Below are positions 55,583 through 64,000 of a stretch of DNA of 64,000 nt, in pieces. Location: contig JBBQZN010000004.1 of NCBI GenBank assembly GCA_038207725.1, forward strand, positions 2,625-66,624, given 5' to 3'. The DNA comes from Bacteroidales bacterium. GTDB taxonomy: Bacteria; Bacteroidota; Bacteroidia; Bacteroidales; VadinHA17. Position 1 is the stretch's first letter. Every line of letters starts with the position of its first letter. A program made the translations under genes and the position numbers. Below the pieces are notes generated by a model. The model saw nothing but the letters and a program-made list of their open reading frames with translations, was not told the origin of the DNA and made no database searches.

Positions 55583-56681
55583 CTTCTTTCAGTTCAACAA
55601 CTGATCCTACAATTGTCACCGGAGTTCCAACTCTTGCTATCTTAAAAACTAAATCCATCTCTTTGTCGGTAAGAGCCACACAACCTTCTGTCCAATCGAT
55701 TCCTTTTCCACCGTTACCATGAATTTCAATAAGCCCTCCGATCTTTGCTGATGCAGGAAGTGATCCACTGGCAATTTCGGATTTGAACTTTGCCTTATCT
55801 TTATCATTCGGATAATCGAGAAGCAATGCCTTATAATATTTCGTTTTACTGCCGTCAAATTTCCTGCTAATCTTATACATACCCTCCGGAGTTGCTTTAT
55901 CACCCTTTACTCTCTTATCGCCAACCCAGTTTGCTCCCAGCTCAGCTTCGAACTCATATTTTTTGTAGCCGTTAAGATAGATAAAACATTTCCGTGAAAA
56001 TTTATCAATAATTATTGAATATTCACTGTTTTTTCTTGACTCATTTATCGTTTTGTCGACCCACCCTTTCCATACAGAAAATGATTTGAAATATTCTTTC
56101 AGGTTTGCGCTTGCATAGAGATGTGATTCGGTAAGCAGATACTCAGAATCAGTAATTTTCCTGTTTGCCTGAAGATATTGTCCGTTTTTGTAAGCTACCT
56201 CAGCCTCTTTAAGTAACATCTTACCTTTTGAGATCCGGGTCCTGATCTCAGAAGTAAGCGGGTAAGTAGTAAAAAGATCATTGATCTCAACAATTAGGTT
56301 ATTGAGGTCATTGATCTTCTGCTTTAGCTTCGCTTTGAGGCTGGCAGTACTTCCGATGGCATTATCAGCTGCCTCGTTGGCTTTTTTTGCCGACATGTCA
56401 GCAAACATTGCCACTCTTTCATAATTTCTGATATAGATAAAGCGGTCGTTCTGTCTGCCCCAGTTTACCATTGCAGAATCATAATAAACCTTAGCCTGGT
56501 TATAAAGTTTCTTAGAATAAGTATCAGCTCTTTTTTTTGCTGCCATGGAAAGTGATTCCCTGGCAAATTCCATCTCACTTTCAGGAGGATCAGGAGTGAG
56601 GCGGATCAACAGTAAAATCATTAATGGAACAGACACTGCCACCACTATGAAAACAAGCATATCTCTCCAGTTTCTTCTCAT
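55569..56681 (-). CDS. L,D-transpeptidase family protein (divergent YkuD domain) with an N-terminal helical domain
   Basis: TM helix, helical repeat region, C-terminal IEIHGNGGKGIDWTEGCVALTDKEM (His...Cys YkuD pattern). Overlaps the next gene by 14 nt. Confidence 0.65.
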   Translation of the reverse strand: MRRNWRDMLVFIVVAVSVPLMILLLIRLTPDPPESEMEFARESLSMAAKKRADTYSKKLYNQAKVYYDSAMVNWGRQNDRFIYIRNYERVAMFADMSAKKANEAADNAIGSTASLKAKLKQKINDLNNLIVEINDLFTTYPLTSEIRTRISKGKMLLKEAEVAYKNGQYLQANRKITDSEYLLTESHLYASANLKEYFKSFSVWKGWVDKTINESRKNSEYSIIIDKFSRKCFIYLNGYKKYEFEAELGANWVGDKRVKGDKATPEGMYKISRKFDGSKTKYYKALLLDYPNDKDKAKFKSEIASGSLPASAKIGGLIEIHGNGGKGIDWTEGCVALTDKEMDLVFKIARVGTPVTIVGSVVELKEVVER

Positions 56682-56700
56682 ACCTGCAATTGATGAATTT

Positions 56701-56731
56701 AAAAAACCCCCGGGAAATCCCGGGGGTTTTT
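56701..56731 (-). terminator. Bidirectional GC-rich terminator after the Ala-rich lipoprotein gene
   Basis: 8-bp all-GC stem cccccggg/cccggggg, loop aaat, flanked by A6 and T5. Confidence 0.8.
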
Positions 56732-56752
56732 AATATTTGACAAGAAAGAAAA

Positions 56753-57349
56753 TTACTTCCTTCCTTTTACTTTAGCAATAGCATCATTAAGTTCGGTATT
56801 GATACCGGTAGCTTTTTCTTTAGCAGCTTTTGCTTTGTTGCTTGCATCCATGTAAGCACCTTTGTCATACATAGCCTGAGCTTCAACGATAGAAGCTTCG
56901 ATAGTAGCCATGTCAGCCTTCATAGCCTCAAGAACTGCAGCACCTTCTTTGCCCCTTGGCGCTTTTTTCATAAGTGCGGTATTCTCTTCAACTACTGCTT
57001 TGATCTCTGTCATTAAAGTATCAACTTCTTTTTTAACTTCGTCTTTTTTAACAGCAGCATTGGCAGCAACCTGATTTGCAAGAGCTGTTGTAGCTACGAG
57101 TTTTTCTTTAGCTGGACCAAATTTCTTGAATAATTTTGATTCCTGAACAGCAATGTCAGCCATAATAGCAGTCATTGAATCCTGTACTGCAGCAAATTCA
57201 GCAGGTACATAAACTGCAGCTTCAGCAGTTTTTGCAGCTTCGATAGCTGCAGTTGTAGCATCAATTTCAACCTGTGGTTTCTTACCACAACTAGAAAGGA
57301 CAGCAACCATTGCGATAGCAGCTAATCCCATTAAAATTTTGTTCTTCAT
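56753..57349 (-). CDS. Ala/Lys-rich alpha-helical lipoprotein, C-terminus -GRK
   Basis: Lipobox AVLSSCGKK. The mature part is almost entirely helix-forming residues (A, E, K). The last codons read GGA AGG AAG TAA. Has its own promoter-like box and a GC-rich terminator. Confidence 0.7.
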   Translation of the reverse strand: MKNKILMGLAAIAMVAVLSSCGKKPQVEIDATTAAIEAAKTAEAAVYVPAEFAAVQDSMTAIMADIAVQESKLFKKFGPAKEKLVATTALANQVAANAAVKKDEVKKEVDTLMTEIKAVVEENTALMKKAPRGKEGAAVLEAMKADMATIEASIVEAQAMYDKGAYMDASNKAKAAKEKATGINTELNDAIAKVKGRK

Positions 57350-57429
57350 TTTTTTAACCTTTTTTATTACTTTGTTTATTTAACAATTATGATTCTTTTA
57401 TAGAACCAATTTCTTTTTAAAACACGGTG

Positions 57430-57460
57430 CAAAGATACTAAAAATACGGAATATTACAAG
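57430..57460 (-). promoter_or_regulatory. Bacteroidota-type promoter of the Ala-rich lipoprotein gene
   Basis: The minus strand reads CTTG-N19-TATCTTTG (box at 57430-57437), about 80 nt upstream of the ATG. Confidence 0.4.
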
Positions 57461-57538
57461 CCAAAAAGAGAATAATGTTCCTTTATTTTGGGAAAACATG
57501 CTTTTATAACATGTTTTTAAAAAAAATTAAACAATCAT

Positions 57539-58909
57539 TTACTCTGCAGTTATACCGAGTTTCTTAAGTCCTGACTGAATCTCCGTGCATGACATAAAGA
57601 GATCCCAGAGCAGAGCTGACCTGTAATTTTCAATCATAATAATCATCGGACCCTGGTCAATTGCCAGATATTTTTGCGGGAACCAGTTGTCTTGTTCGCT
57701 GAAAGCGTCATAAAAACCATATTCTCCCCATATTTTACCTTCATGTCCGTAGTAGAAGTTCTTTATAGCGTCCATCGACTTGTCAGGAGTATATGGTATA
57801 GAACTTACTGCAGCAGTAGGTGATATAACACCGAGATCGTTCTTCTCACCCGGGGCATGAGCAGCATATCCTTTGACGGAGTAACTTGCTGTAAGTCCCC
57901 AGCAATAAGTGCCGTAGCCCTCAAAATCGAGAGGATTGAGAGAACACCATTTCCAGTTAATAAGTGTATGATTCGTGTTTTCCTGCCAGTAATCAGCATA
58001 CTTGTCTTTCAGTTTGCGCGGATCAAGTCCAAGGTATGAATAGTGCGACCAGAAAAGCGGACCACCGTATTCTTCTGCCCCGTTGTGCTTTAATTTAAGT
58101 ACATATCCATATTTGCCACTCACGGTATTTATCCCTCCCGATCTTGCCCAACCCTCGTGATAAGCCTCTGCTTTAACAGGGAATGTAGGTGATGACGCAG
58201 CCAGTATATAAAGTATCAGACACTCATTGTAGCCTTGAACAGCGAAATTCATGGCCCAACCGTAATCAGGCGACCAGTGCCAGTAGATGACATTCTCTCC
58301 TCCTTTTGTGAACCAGCTCCACTCTACTCCTTTCCATATTTTATCAATATCTGAAGATAAAATCCTTTCAGATTCATTACCTTCTGCAAAGTATTGTCGT
58401 ACAGCCAGAAGTCCCTGCATTAAATATGCTGTTTCAACCAGATCAGCACCATTATCTTTGGGGGAAAATGGTTTTACCCTGCCTGTTTCACCATCTATCC
58501 AATGCGAATAGGAGCCATGAAACCGGTCAGTTTTCTGCAGGAATCCAACAATCTTTTGAAATCTGATGAGACCGTCTTCCCTTGTAATAAAGCCTCTTTC
58601 TATCCCTGCCAGAATTGCCATTACTCCGAAGCCGCTTCCTCCTGATGTAACAATATTCATATCGTTCTGAGGATAAATTCCGTCAACGTGGATTCGTTCA
58701 CGTGCCATTCCTGAATTTGGTTCTGCACCATTCCAGAAATATTGAAATGTACGGTACTGCACCAGAGTAAGCAGTGAATCTTCACTTAAAATTTGTTGCG
58801 TTGAAGCACTCTCAGATGAACCTGAAGTCTTTACAGAAGAGCTTATGCAGGAGCTTACAGTAACCAGTACAAATAAGGAATAAAACAGTAGTTTTTTCAT
58901 TCTGATCAA
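57539..58909 (-). CDS. Glucoamylase-like (alpha/alpha)6 glycoside hydrolase, possibly GH144 endo-beta-1,2-glucanase family
   Basis: Lipoprotein signal. Motifs shared with the paralog: LLTLVQ..TF.YFW, SG.ARER, TSGGSGFG.MAIL.GIERGFITR, DRFHG...HW..G.TG, KDNG.DLVETA.LMQGLL. Family call is from memory of PF10091-type proteins. Confidence 0.55.
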   Translation of the reverse strand: MIRMKKLLFYSLFVLVTVSSCISSSVKTSGSSESASTQQILSEDSLLTLVQYRTFQYFWNGAEPNSGMARERIHVDGIYPQNDMNIVTSGGSGFGVMAILAGIERGFITREDGLIRFQKIVGFLQKTDRFHGSYSHWIDGETGRVKPFSPKDNGADLVETAYLMQGLLAVRQYFAEGNESERILSSDIDKIWKGVEWSWFTKGGENVIYWHWSPDYGWAMNFAVQGYNECLILYILAASSPTFPVKAEAYHEGWARSGGINTVSGKYGYVLKLKHNGAEEYGGPLFWSHYSYLGLDPRKLKDKYADYWQENTNHTLINWKWCSLNPLDFEGYGTYCWGLTASYSVKGYAAHAPGEKNDLGVISPTAAVSSIPYTPDKSMDAIKNFYYGHEGKIWGEYGFYDAFSEQDNWFPQKYLAIDQGPMIIMIENYRSALLWDLFMSCTEIQSGLKKLGITAE

Positions 58910-60555
58910 TATGTAAATCCAAGTTTATCTAATCCGTTTTTCACCTCCGGCGCTGACATGAAAAGGTTCCAGAGAAGCCCTGATCTGTAATTTTCAATCA
59001 TGCATATTAAAGATCCCTGATCAATGGCGATATATGAATCTGCAAACCACAGGGTTGACAGATTAAAGGAATCATAGAAGCCATATTCACCCCATATCTT
59101 GTCACCCAGTATATAATAAAAGAACTTCAGGGCAGTAAGACTTTCTGCCGGTGTATATGGCATTGATGACAAAGCCGCTGTAGGAGCTATAACCCCAAGG
59201 TCATTTGTGGGTGAGCTGGCACTGTAACCCGATTGAATGTCGCTTGCAGTTAAACCCCAGCACGAAGCACTGTAACCTGTGAATTTTTTAGGGTTTGCAA
59301 TACAATAATTATAGTTTATTCTGGAATGAGCAACATTCTGATCGAAATAGTCAGCATACTGATCAGTGAGATTCCGGGGATCGAGTCCCAGAAATGAATA
59401 ATGGGCAAAGAACATAGGCCCGCCATAATCTGGTCCCAGAGGAAGACTAACATTATAAAATGTTTTGCCATTCTTCATAGGATAAGCACCATTTCTGGCC
59501 CAGCCTTCATCATAAACGGCTTTTGTAATAGAATGAGTCGGGGAAGCTGCAGCCAGAACATAGACTATGAGAGCTTCATTCCAGCCTGAAACAGGCATAT
59601 TCAGATCCCGGTTATAATTGGGTGACCAGTGCCAGTATAATTTATTCTGATTATCTCTTCTGTACCAGTTCCAATCGACATTTTCATAAATTTTCTGTAT
59701 CGTATCGCAGAGAGCTTTTTCCTGTAATGAACCATTTTTAAAGTACTCTTTTACTGTTAGCAGTCCCTGCATAAGAAATGCTGTTTCAACAAGGTCTCCG
59801 CCATTATCTTTCTGACTGAAGGGAATTACGTCTCCTGTTGTACCATTAAGCCAGTGAGGAAAGGCACCATGGAACCTGTCGGTACTTCCTGAAATCAGAA
59901 AATCAGCTGTTTTGCGTATCCTCTCAAACCCTTGCTGGCGGGTAATAAAACCACGTTCAATTCCTGTGAGAATCGCCATCAGACCGAATCCGCTGCCTCC
60001 TGATGTAACAATATTGCCTGAGCCAAGTCGCTCTCTTGCAAGTCCTGAGACAGGGTGAGCATGGTCCCAGAAATATCTGAAAGTATGTTTCTGCACCAAG
60101 GTTAAAAGAGAGTCATCAGATATAATCGGAAACTTAGGCAGGGTATCGAGCCTTGTTGAAAATGTAAACGAGAAACCTTCAGAAATTACACCCCCAAGGT
60201 TAGGTCCCACATCAAAAACCATCCTGTAAACTTTGAGCGGATCTGCTTCTTCCGAGAGTTCAATTAACATTGAAGTTGAACTATCATTGAATCTGCAGGT
60301 ATACAGAGTATCAATTTCTCCGCTGAAAAATAATTTAGCTTTATTGAAGTGTATTGTATCAATCTTTTTATTGAAGGTTATGCTTACCAGAACTTTAATG
60401 AAATCAACATTGCTTATTCTGCCTGCATCTGATACAATATTCCCGTTAACTGAAACATCTTCAATCAATATTATATCATCGGGAATAGCATTGGGATCCT
60501 TCTTACAGGAAACAAAAAGGAATATTGTGCTTATGAATAAGCAAAGTAGTTTCAT
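58906..60555 (-). CDS. Glucoamylase-like glycoside hydrolase paralog with an extra N-terminal beta-sandwich domain
   Basis: Lipobox FVSCKK, about 140 aa of extra N-terminal domain, then the same motif set as 57539-58909. Its stop overlaps the next gene's start. Confidence 0.55.
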   Translation of the reverse strand: MKLLCLFISTIFLFVSCKKDPNAIPDDIILIEDVSVNGNIVSDAGRISNVDFIKVLVSITFNKKIDTIHFNKAKLFFSGEIDTLYTCRFNDSSTSMLIELSEEADPLKVYRMVFDVGPNLGGVISEGFSFTFSTRLDTLPKFPIISDDSLLTLVQKHTFRYFWDHAHPVSGLARERLGSGNIVTSGGSGFGLMAILTGIERGFITRQQGFERIRKTADFLISGSTDRFHGAFPHWLNGTTGDVIPFSQKDNGGDLVETAFLMQGLLTVKEYFKNGSLQEKALCDTIQKIYENVDWNWYRRDNQNKLYWHWSPNYNRDLNMPVSGWNEALIVYVLAAASPTHSITKAVYDEGWARNGAYPMKNGKTFYNVSLPLGPDYGGPMFFAHYSFLGLDPRNLTDQYADYFDQNVAHSRINYNYCIANPKKFTGYSASCWGLTASDIQSGYSASSPTNDLGVIAPTAALSSMPYTPAESLTALKFFYYILGDKIWGEYGFYDSFNLSTLWFADSYIAIDQGSLICMIENYRSGLLWNLFMSAPEVKNGLDKLGFTY

Positions 60556-60573
60556 CTTATAAAAATAACAAAA

Positions 60574-60610
60574 TGTTCAGGAAAACAGGGACTCCCCGTT
60601 TTCCTGAACA
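60574..60610 (-). terminator. Terminator after the LamG lipoprotein gene
   Basis: 13-bp stem tgttcaggaaaac/gttttcctgaaca with an 11-nt loop and T-rich tract on the minus strand. Confidence 0.7.
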
Positions 60611-60624
60611 TTAATAAGAATAAA

Positions 60625-61515
60625 CTACGGATTAATCTGTGTTACTTCAGCATCGTAAAGAGATTTAACCTCAGCAGCTGAAAGAGCTTTATTATAAACC
60701 CTGAACTCATCAACAATTCCCTTGTAATATGTCATCCATGATTCAGGTGTTCCGGCAACCTGCTGTGCCCATGCGCCAAAATGAATTTTGGTCATTTCAC
60801 TACCGAGTGTCATAGCTCCGAGAAGTGGCTGTACTCCGCCTGTTGGTTGCGGACCTGAATATCTGATACCTGTCAATACAAGTTTTCCGTTGGCATAAAG
60901 TTCGATTGTTGAAGATGATTTCCTGTAAAGGGCAACAATATGGAACCACTTGTCATTTAAAAACTTATCACTCTGTTTCCTTACATCCTGACCTTTCCAG
61001 TCAGCTGATGAACTGTCGTAAAAAAAGAATTTCATATCTACTGAGTCACCTAATGGCTTACTCTCCTGCATAAGAACAAGATTTCCCATAAAGCCATCGC
61101 CACCATTAACAGAGAATATTTTACCGGCTCCATTAGTTGTGTTTGGAGTTTTAACCCAGCAAGCCAGAGTAAACTCATCAAGAGTTTTCAAAGCGGTACC
61201 TGAAGCAACATTATACTCAAGGTAAGACTCAGTTGCACTTCCCTTATAACCGTTTCCGCGACGACCTGTTACGAAACTTGCAGCACCAACTTTTTTAACG
61301 TATGTAATTGTGCTGTTCGATTTTTCAACAGCAGCCCCTACGGCAGGTTCAGCTTCAAACGGAAAATAAGCAATAAGGTTTGTAGTGGCAATTGTTGAAG
61401 GGTCAGTTTTTCCTGCGTTCGGATCATCTTCCTTTTTAGAACATGATGAAAGAACATAAGCTGACAGGAGCATTGCCATAATAAAGGCTCCACCGATTCT
61501 AATTGACTTTTTCAT
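60625..61515 (-). CDS. LamG/concanavalin-A-like lectin-fold lipoprotein (candidate surface glycan-binding protein)
   Basis: Lipobox LSSCSKK. LamG-like FTLACWVK...WFHIVALY...ELYANG...DEFRVYNKALSAAEV. Sits right after susD, as SGBPs do. Confidence 0.6.
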   Translation of the reverse strand: MKKSIRIGGAFIMAMLLSAYVLSSCSKKEDDPNAGKTDPSTIATTNLIAYFPFEAEPAVGAAVEKSNSTITYVKKVGAASFVTGRRGNGYKGSATESYLEYNVASGTALKTLDEFTLACWVKTPNTTNGAGKIFSVNGGDGFMGNLVLMQESKPLGDSVDMKFFFYDSSSADWKGQDVRKQSDKFLNDKWFHIVALYRKSSSTIELYANGKLVLTGIRYSGPQPTGGVQPLLGAMTLGSEMTKIHFGAWAQQVAGTPESWMTYYKGIVDEFRVYNKALSAAEVKSLYDAEVTQINP

Positions 61516-61556
61516 AAATAATTGAATTTAGTTAAACATCGAAAAAAATTAAATTG

Positions 61557-63044
61557 CTAGTTATATCCACTATTTTGTAAGAGTTGGCTATTGAGTTGTA
61601 TTTGTGCTGATGGAATTGGAAACACTTCATGTTTGCCGGCAGTAAATCCTTTGCCTGCAAGAACAGTAGCTGCCTGACCTGTGCGTATAAGATCAAAAAA
61701 CCTATCCTCTTCCAACGCAAATTCGGCTCTTCGTTCATCCCAGATCTGCTGAAGTGAACTGACTGACAGATTGGTTAAGCCGGCCCTGTTTCTGACAATA
61801 TTCACAGCATCAGAAGCTGAAAGTCCGCAGAACGTTGCTGTTGTAGCACCCCTTAGTTTGGCCTCGGCATACATGAGCAATACATCGGGGTAGCGCTGAA
61901 TTCTGACATTATGATCAAACCCATATCCGTTGTAATTCCAGATATTGCTTGTAAGGGGAGTATAAACCTTACCATTATATACAGGATTGGTACATATCGA
62001 TTTTATACTGTCTCCCTCGGGTGTTTTGGTTCCTCTGTACAGGAGAGTTGTTTTGGGTCTTACTATCTCAGAACGTGTATTAAAGAACGAAATAAGATCC
62101 TGACTCGGGGTACAGAAGCCCCATCCCTGCAACCCACTCGGATAGTTACCCCGCGGTCCCTGTACGTATGCATATTCAATAAAAGTTTGTTCTCCGGCAG
62201 TTTTCCCAAGAGTTGAACTTTGTAATTCAAAAAGCGATTCGCTGCTATTCTCTCCTGAAACGCTAAATACATCCCTGTAGTTATCAAGAAGCTCATATCT
62301 GCCAGATGAGATGATTTTGTCGGTAAGTGAAACAACAGAGTCCCATTCATTCTGGTACATGTGAACTTTTGCTTTTATTGCCATTGCAGTATATTTTGTA
62401 ATCCTCCCGGCCCACTCTTTAGTATATGTTTCAGGAAGAACTGCTATTGCCTCAGACAGGTCTTTCTCAATAAATTGATAAAGGTCTGCAGTAGTTGACT
62501 GTGGAACAGCAGCCAGCTGTTCTGCTGTAAGAACCGAATCAATAACAGGCACTTTGCCAAATAAGCGTGTCAGATTGAAATAGGCATAAGCCCTTATTGT
62601 TTTGACCTCACCCTGACATTCAAGTGCATACTTTTTATCGATGCTGTTCAGCATTGCAGCTTCAAACAGAGGCATCTGATGAACTGCATAATTGGCTCCG
62701 CTTACGATATCATAATAAGAAATCCACAAGTCGTTTATCAGTCCATTATTTGACTGATAAGTGAGATTGTCCATTTCTTTCATAGGAGGGTTATCTTCCG
62801 GAGAGCTTCCCTTGTCAGCATTATCTGAGGTAACCTCAAAAGCACCTATATAAGGAAATACATGAGCGCCATAGTTGCGCAGTTTAGCATATGATGCGCT
62901 CACAGAAAGGAATATATTCTCCGATTTTGAATAGTCAATCCCGGAACCAGGGATTGTTGCCTCAGGACGCTGGTCAAGGAAATCTTCACATCCTGTGAAA
63001 ACGATACTCAGGGCAAATACTGATATTACTTTTAATATTTTCAT
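61557..63044 (-). CDS. RagB/SusD family nutrient-uptake outer-membrane lipoprotein
   Basis: Lipobox FTGCEDFLD, TPR-like helices, C-terminal FALEEDRFFDLIR and PIPSAQIQLN typical of SusD-like proteins. Confidence 0.85.
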   Translation of the reverse strand: MKILKVISVFALSIVFTGCEDFLDQRPEATIPGSGIDYSKSENIFLSVSASYAKLRNYGAHVFPYIGAFEVTSDNADKGSSPEDNPPMKEMDNLTYQSNNGLINDLWISYYDIVSGANYAVHQMPLFEAAMLNSIDKKYALECQGEVKTIRAYAYFNLTRLFGKVPVIDSVLTAEQLAAVPQSTTADLYQFIEKDLSEAIAVLPETYTKEWAGRITKYTAMAIKAKVHMYQNEWDSVVSLTDKIISSGRYELLDNYRDVFSVSGENSSESLFELQSSTLGKTAGEQTFIEYAYVQGPRGNYPSGLQGWGFCTPSQDLISFFNTRSEIVRPKTTLLYRGTKTPEGDSIKSICTNPVYNGKVYTPLTSNIWNYNGYGFDHNVRIQRYPDVLLMYAEAKLRGATTATFCGLSASDAVNIVRNRAGLTNLSVSSLQQIWDERRAEFALEEDRFFDLIRTGQAATVLAGKGFTAGKHEVFPIPSAQIQLNSQLLQNSGYN

Positions 63045-63063
63045 TTCAGCTCAGGATAATTTT

Positions 63064-64000
63064 TTAAAAATTCATTTTTAGTCCCACTGTATAAATCGAC
63101 TGCATTGGATAGACAGAATTATCAATCCCGCTGCTTATCGGAGAACCTCCTACTTCAGGAGTGAATCCATTATATGTAAAAAATGTAAATGGACGTTGTG
63201 AGGAGATATAAATCCGGAGTGATGGAATAAATTTAATTTTATCGGTAGTATATCCCAACTGTATATTCTGAATCCTTACATATGAACCATCTTCAACAAA
63301 GAAGTCATTTGACTGCTGGGTATATGAGTAGTTATAAGCTTCTGCTGAAGGATAATTTCCCGACTTATTATCGGGGATCCACCTGTTCTCATAGAAATCC
63401 TGATCATAATTTCCGTCAGTAAAAACATCCCTGTTCATTCGTTTTGCATTGAGAATCTTATTGCCAACCTGTCCCTGCAACGCTATGCTGACATCAAACT
63501 TTTTGTAATTCAAACCAAAGTCGATACCTGAAATCAGCCATGGGATAGCACTTCCAAGAAAAACCTTATCCTTTTCATTTATTTCATTATCTCCATTCTG
63601 GTCCTTGTATTTAAAGAAGCCCTTGTCCTTAATAGTCTGGCTTACAGGATCTTGAAGAGCCTCTGCTTCAGACTGATAAACACCGGCAATTTCATAGCCG
63701 TAGAATGAACCTATTGTATGTCCCACCTGAGTTCTGGTTGAATAGTTACCTCTTACAAATGCGCCCGGGATATAGTCGCGCCCCTGAAGCTTCAATACTT
63801 TGTTATTGATTGTTGTTATGTTCATCCCGACTTTGTAGCTTAATTTTTCGGAGATCTTTTTGTTATAGTTAAGATTAAGTTCAATTCCCTGATTCAACAC
63901 ACTGCCATTATTGCCAAGTAGTTCTGCAACTCCTCCTCCTGTAGCAATAGGAGCAAAAAAGACTACGTTATTTGTTACTCTGTGATAGTAGTCTGTCTCG
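63064..64000 (-). CDS. SusC/RagA family TonB-dependent receptor, C-terminal part (5' end outside the window)
   Basis: The listed start is an internal GTG. The frame stays open to nt 64000. Barrel strands end in ...YTVGLKMNF (terminal Phe). Directly upstream of susD. Confidence 0.85.
   Translation of the reverse strand, partial: ETDYYHRVTNNVVFFAPIATGGGVAELLGNNGSVLNQGIELNLNYNKKISEKLSYKVGMNITTINNKVLKLQGRDYIPGAFVRGNYSTRTQVGHTIGSFYGYEIAGVYQSEAEALQDPVSQTIKDKGFFKYKDQNGDNEINEKDKVFLGSAIPWLISGIDFGLNYKKFDVSIALQGQVGNKILNAKRMNRDVFTDGNYDQDFYENRWIPDNKSGNYPSAEAYNYSYTQQSNDFFVEDGSYVRIQNIQLGYTTDKIKFIPSLRIYISSQRPFTFFTYNGFTPEVGGSPISSGIDNSVYPMQSIYTVGLKMNF

Overview
Core-chromosome window from a Bacteroidota bacterium. 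Supporting signs are TAnnTTTG -7 promoter boxes, T9SS/gliding genes and a SusC/SusD locus. I call about 50 CDS, one tRNA-Ser(CGA), several hairpin terminators and a set of short-period tandem repeat arrays. I saw no transposase, integrase, phage genes, CRISPR array or rRNA. Layout: housekeeping genes (1-14300: M28 peptidase, folC, PhoH2, mtaB, lipid and glycosyl transferases, murF); a T9SS/gliding block gldJ - porP/sprF-like - porU - porV (14301-21626); more housekeeping (ispF, hutU, Nif3/Zn-ribbon/MerR, two M23 peptidases, alaS, recR, an E2 acyltransferase); four tandem PorE(PG1058)-like genes (38027-46899); rlmN, dcp, tRNA-Ser, a Tat-signal aldo/keto reductase and a nucleoside permease; an L,D-transpeptidase operon beside an Ala-rich lipoprotein gene (53943-57349); and a PUL tail SusC-SusD-LamG-2x glucoamylase-like hydrolase (57539-64000). 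The three most interesting observations follow. (1) The four PorE-like paralogs share a TPR + PD40 body but carry different anchoring C-termini (TM tail anchor, none, SPOR, OmpA_C + 2 SPOR). (2) A helical lipoprotein ending in -GRK sits next to two YkuD-family genes, which suggests a Braun-lipoprotein-like tether. (3) Tandem arrays of period 7, 9, 10, 14 or 45 nt fill many intergenic spacers and often start at the stop or start codon. All family calls come from motif recognition by eye; no database search was run.
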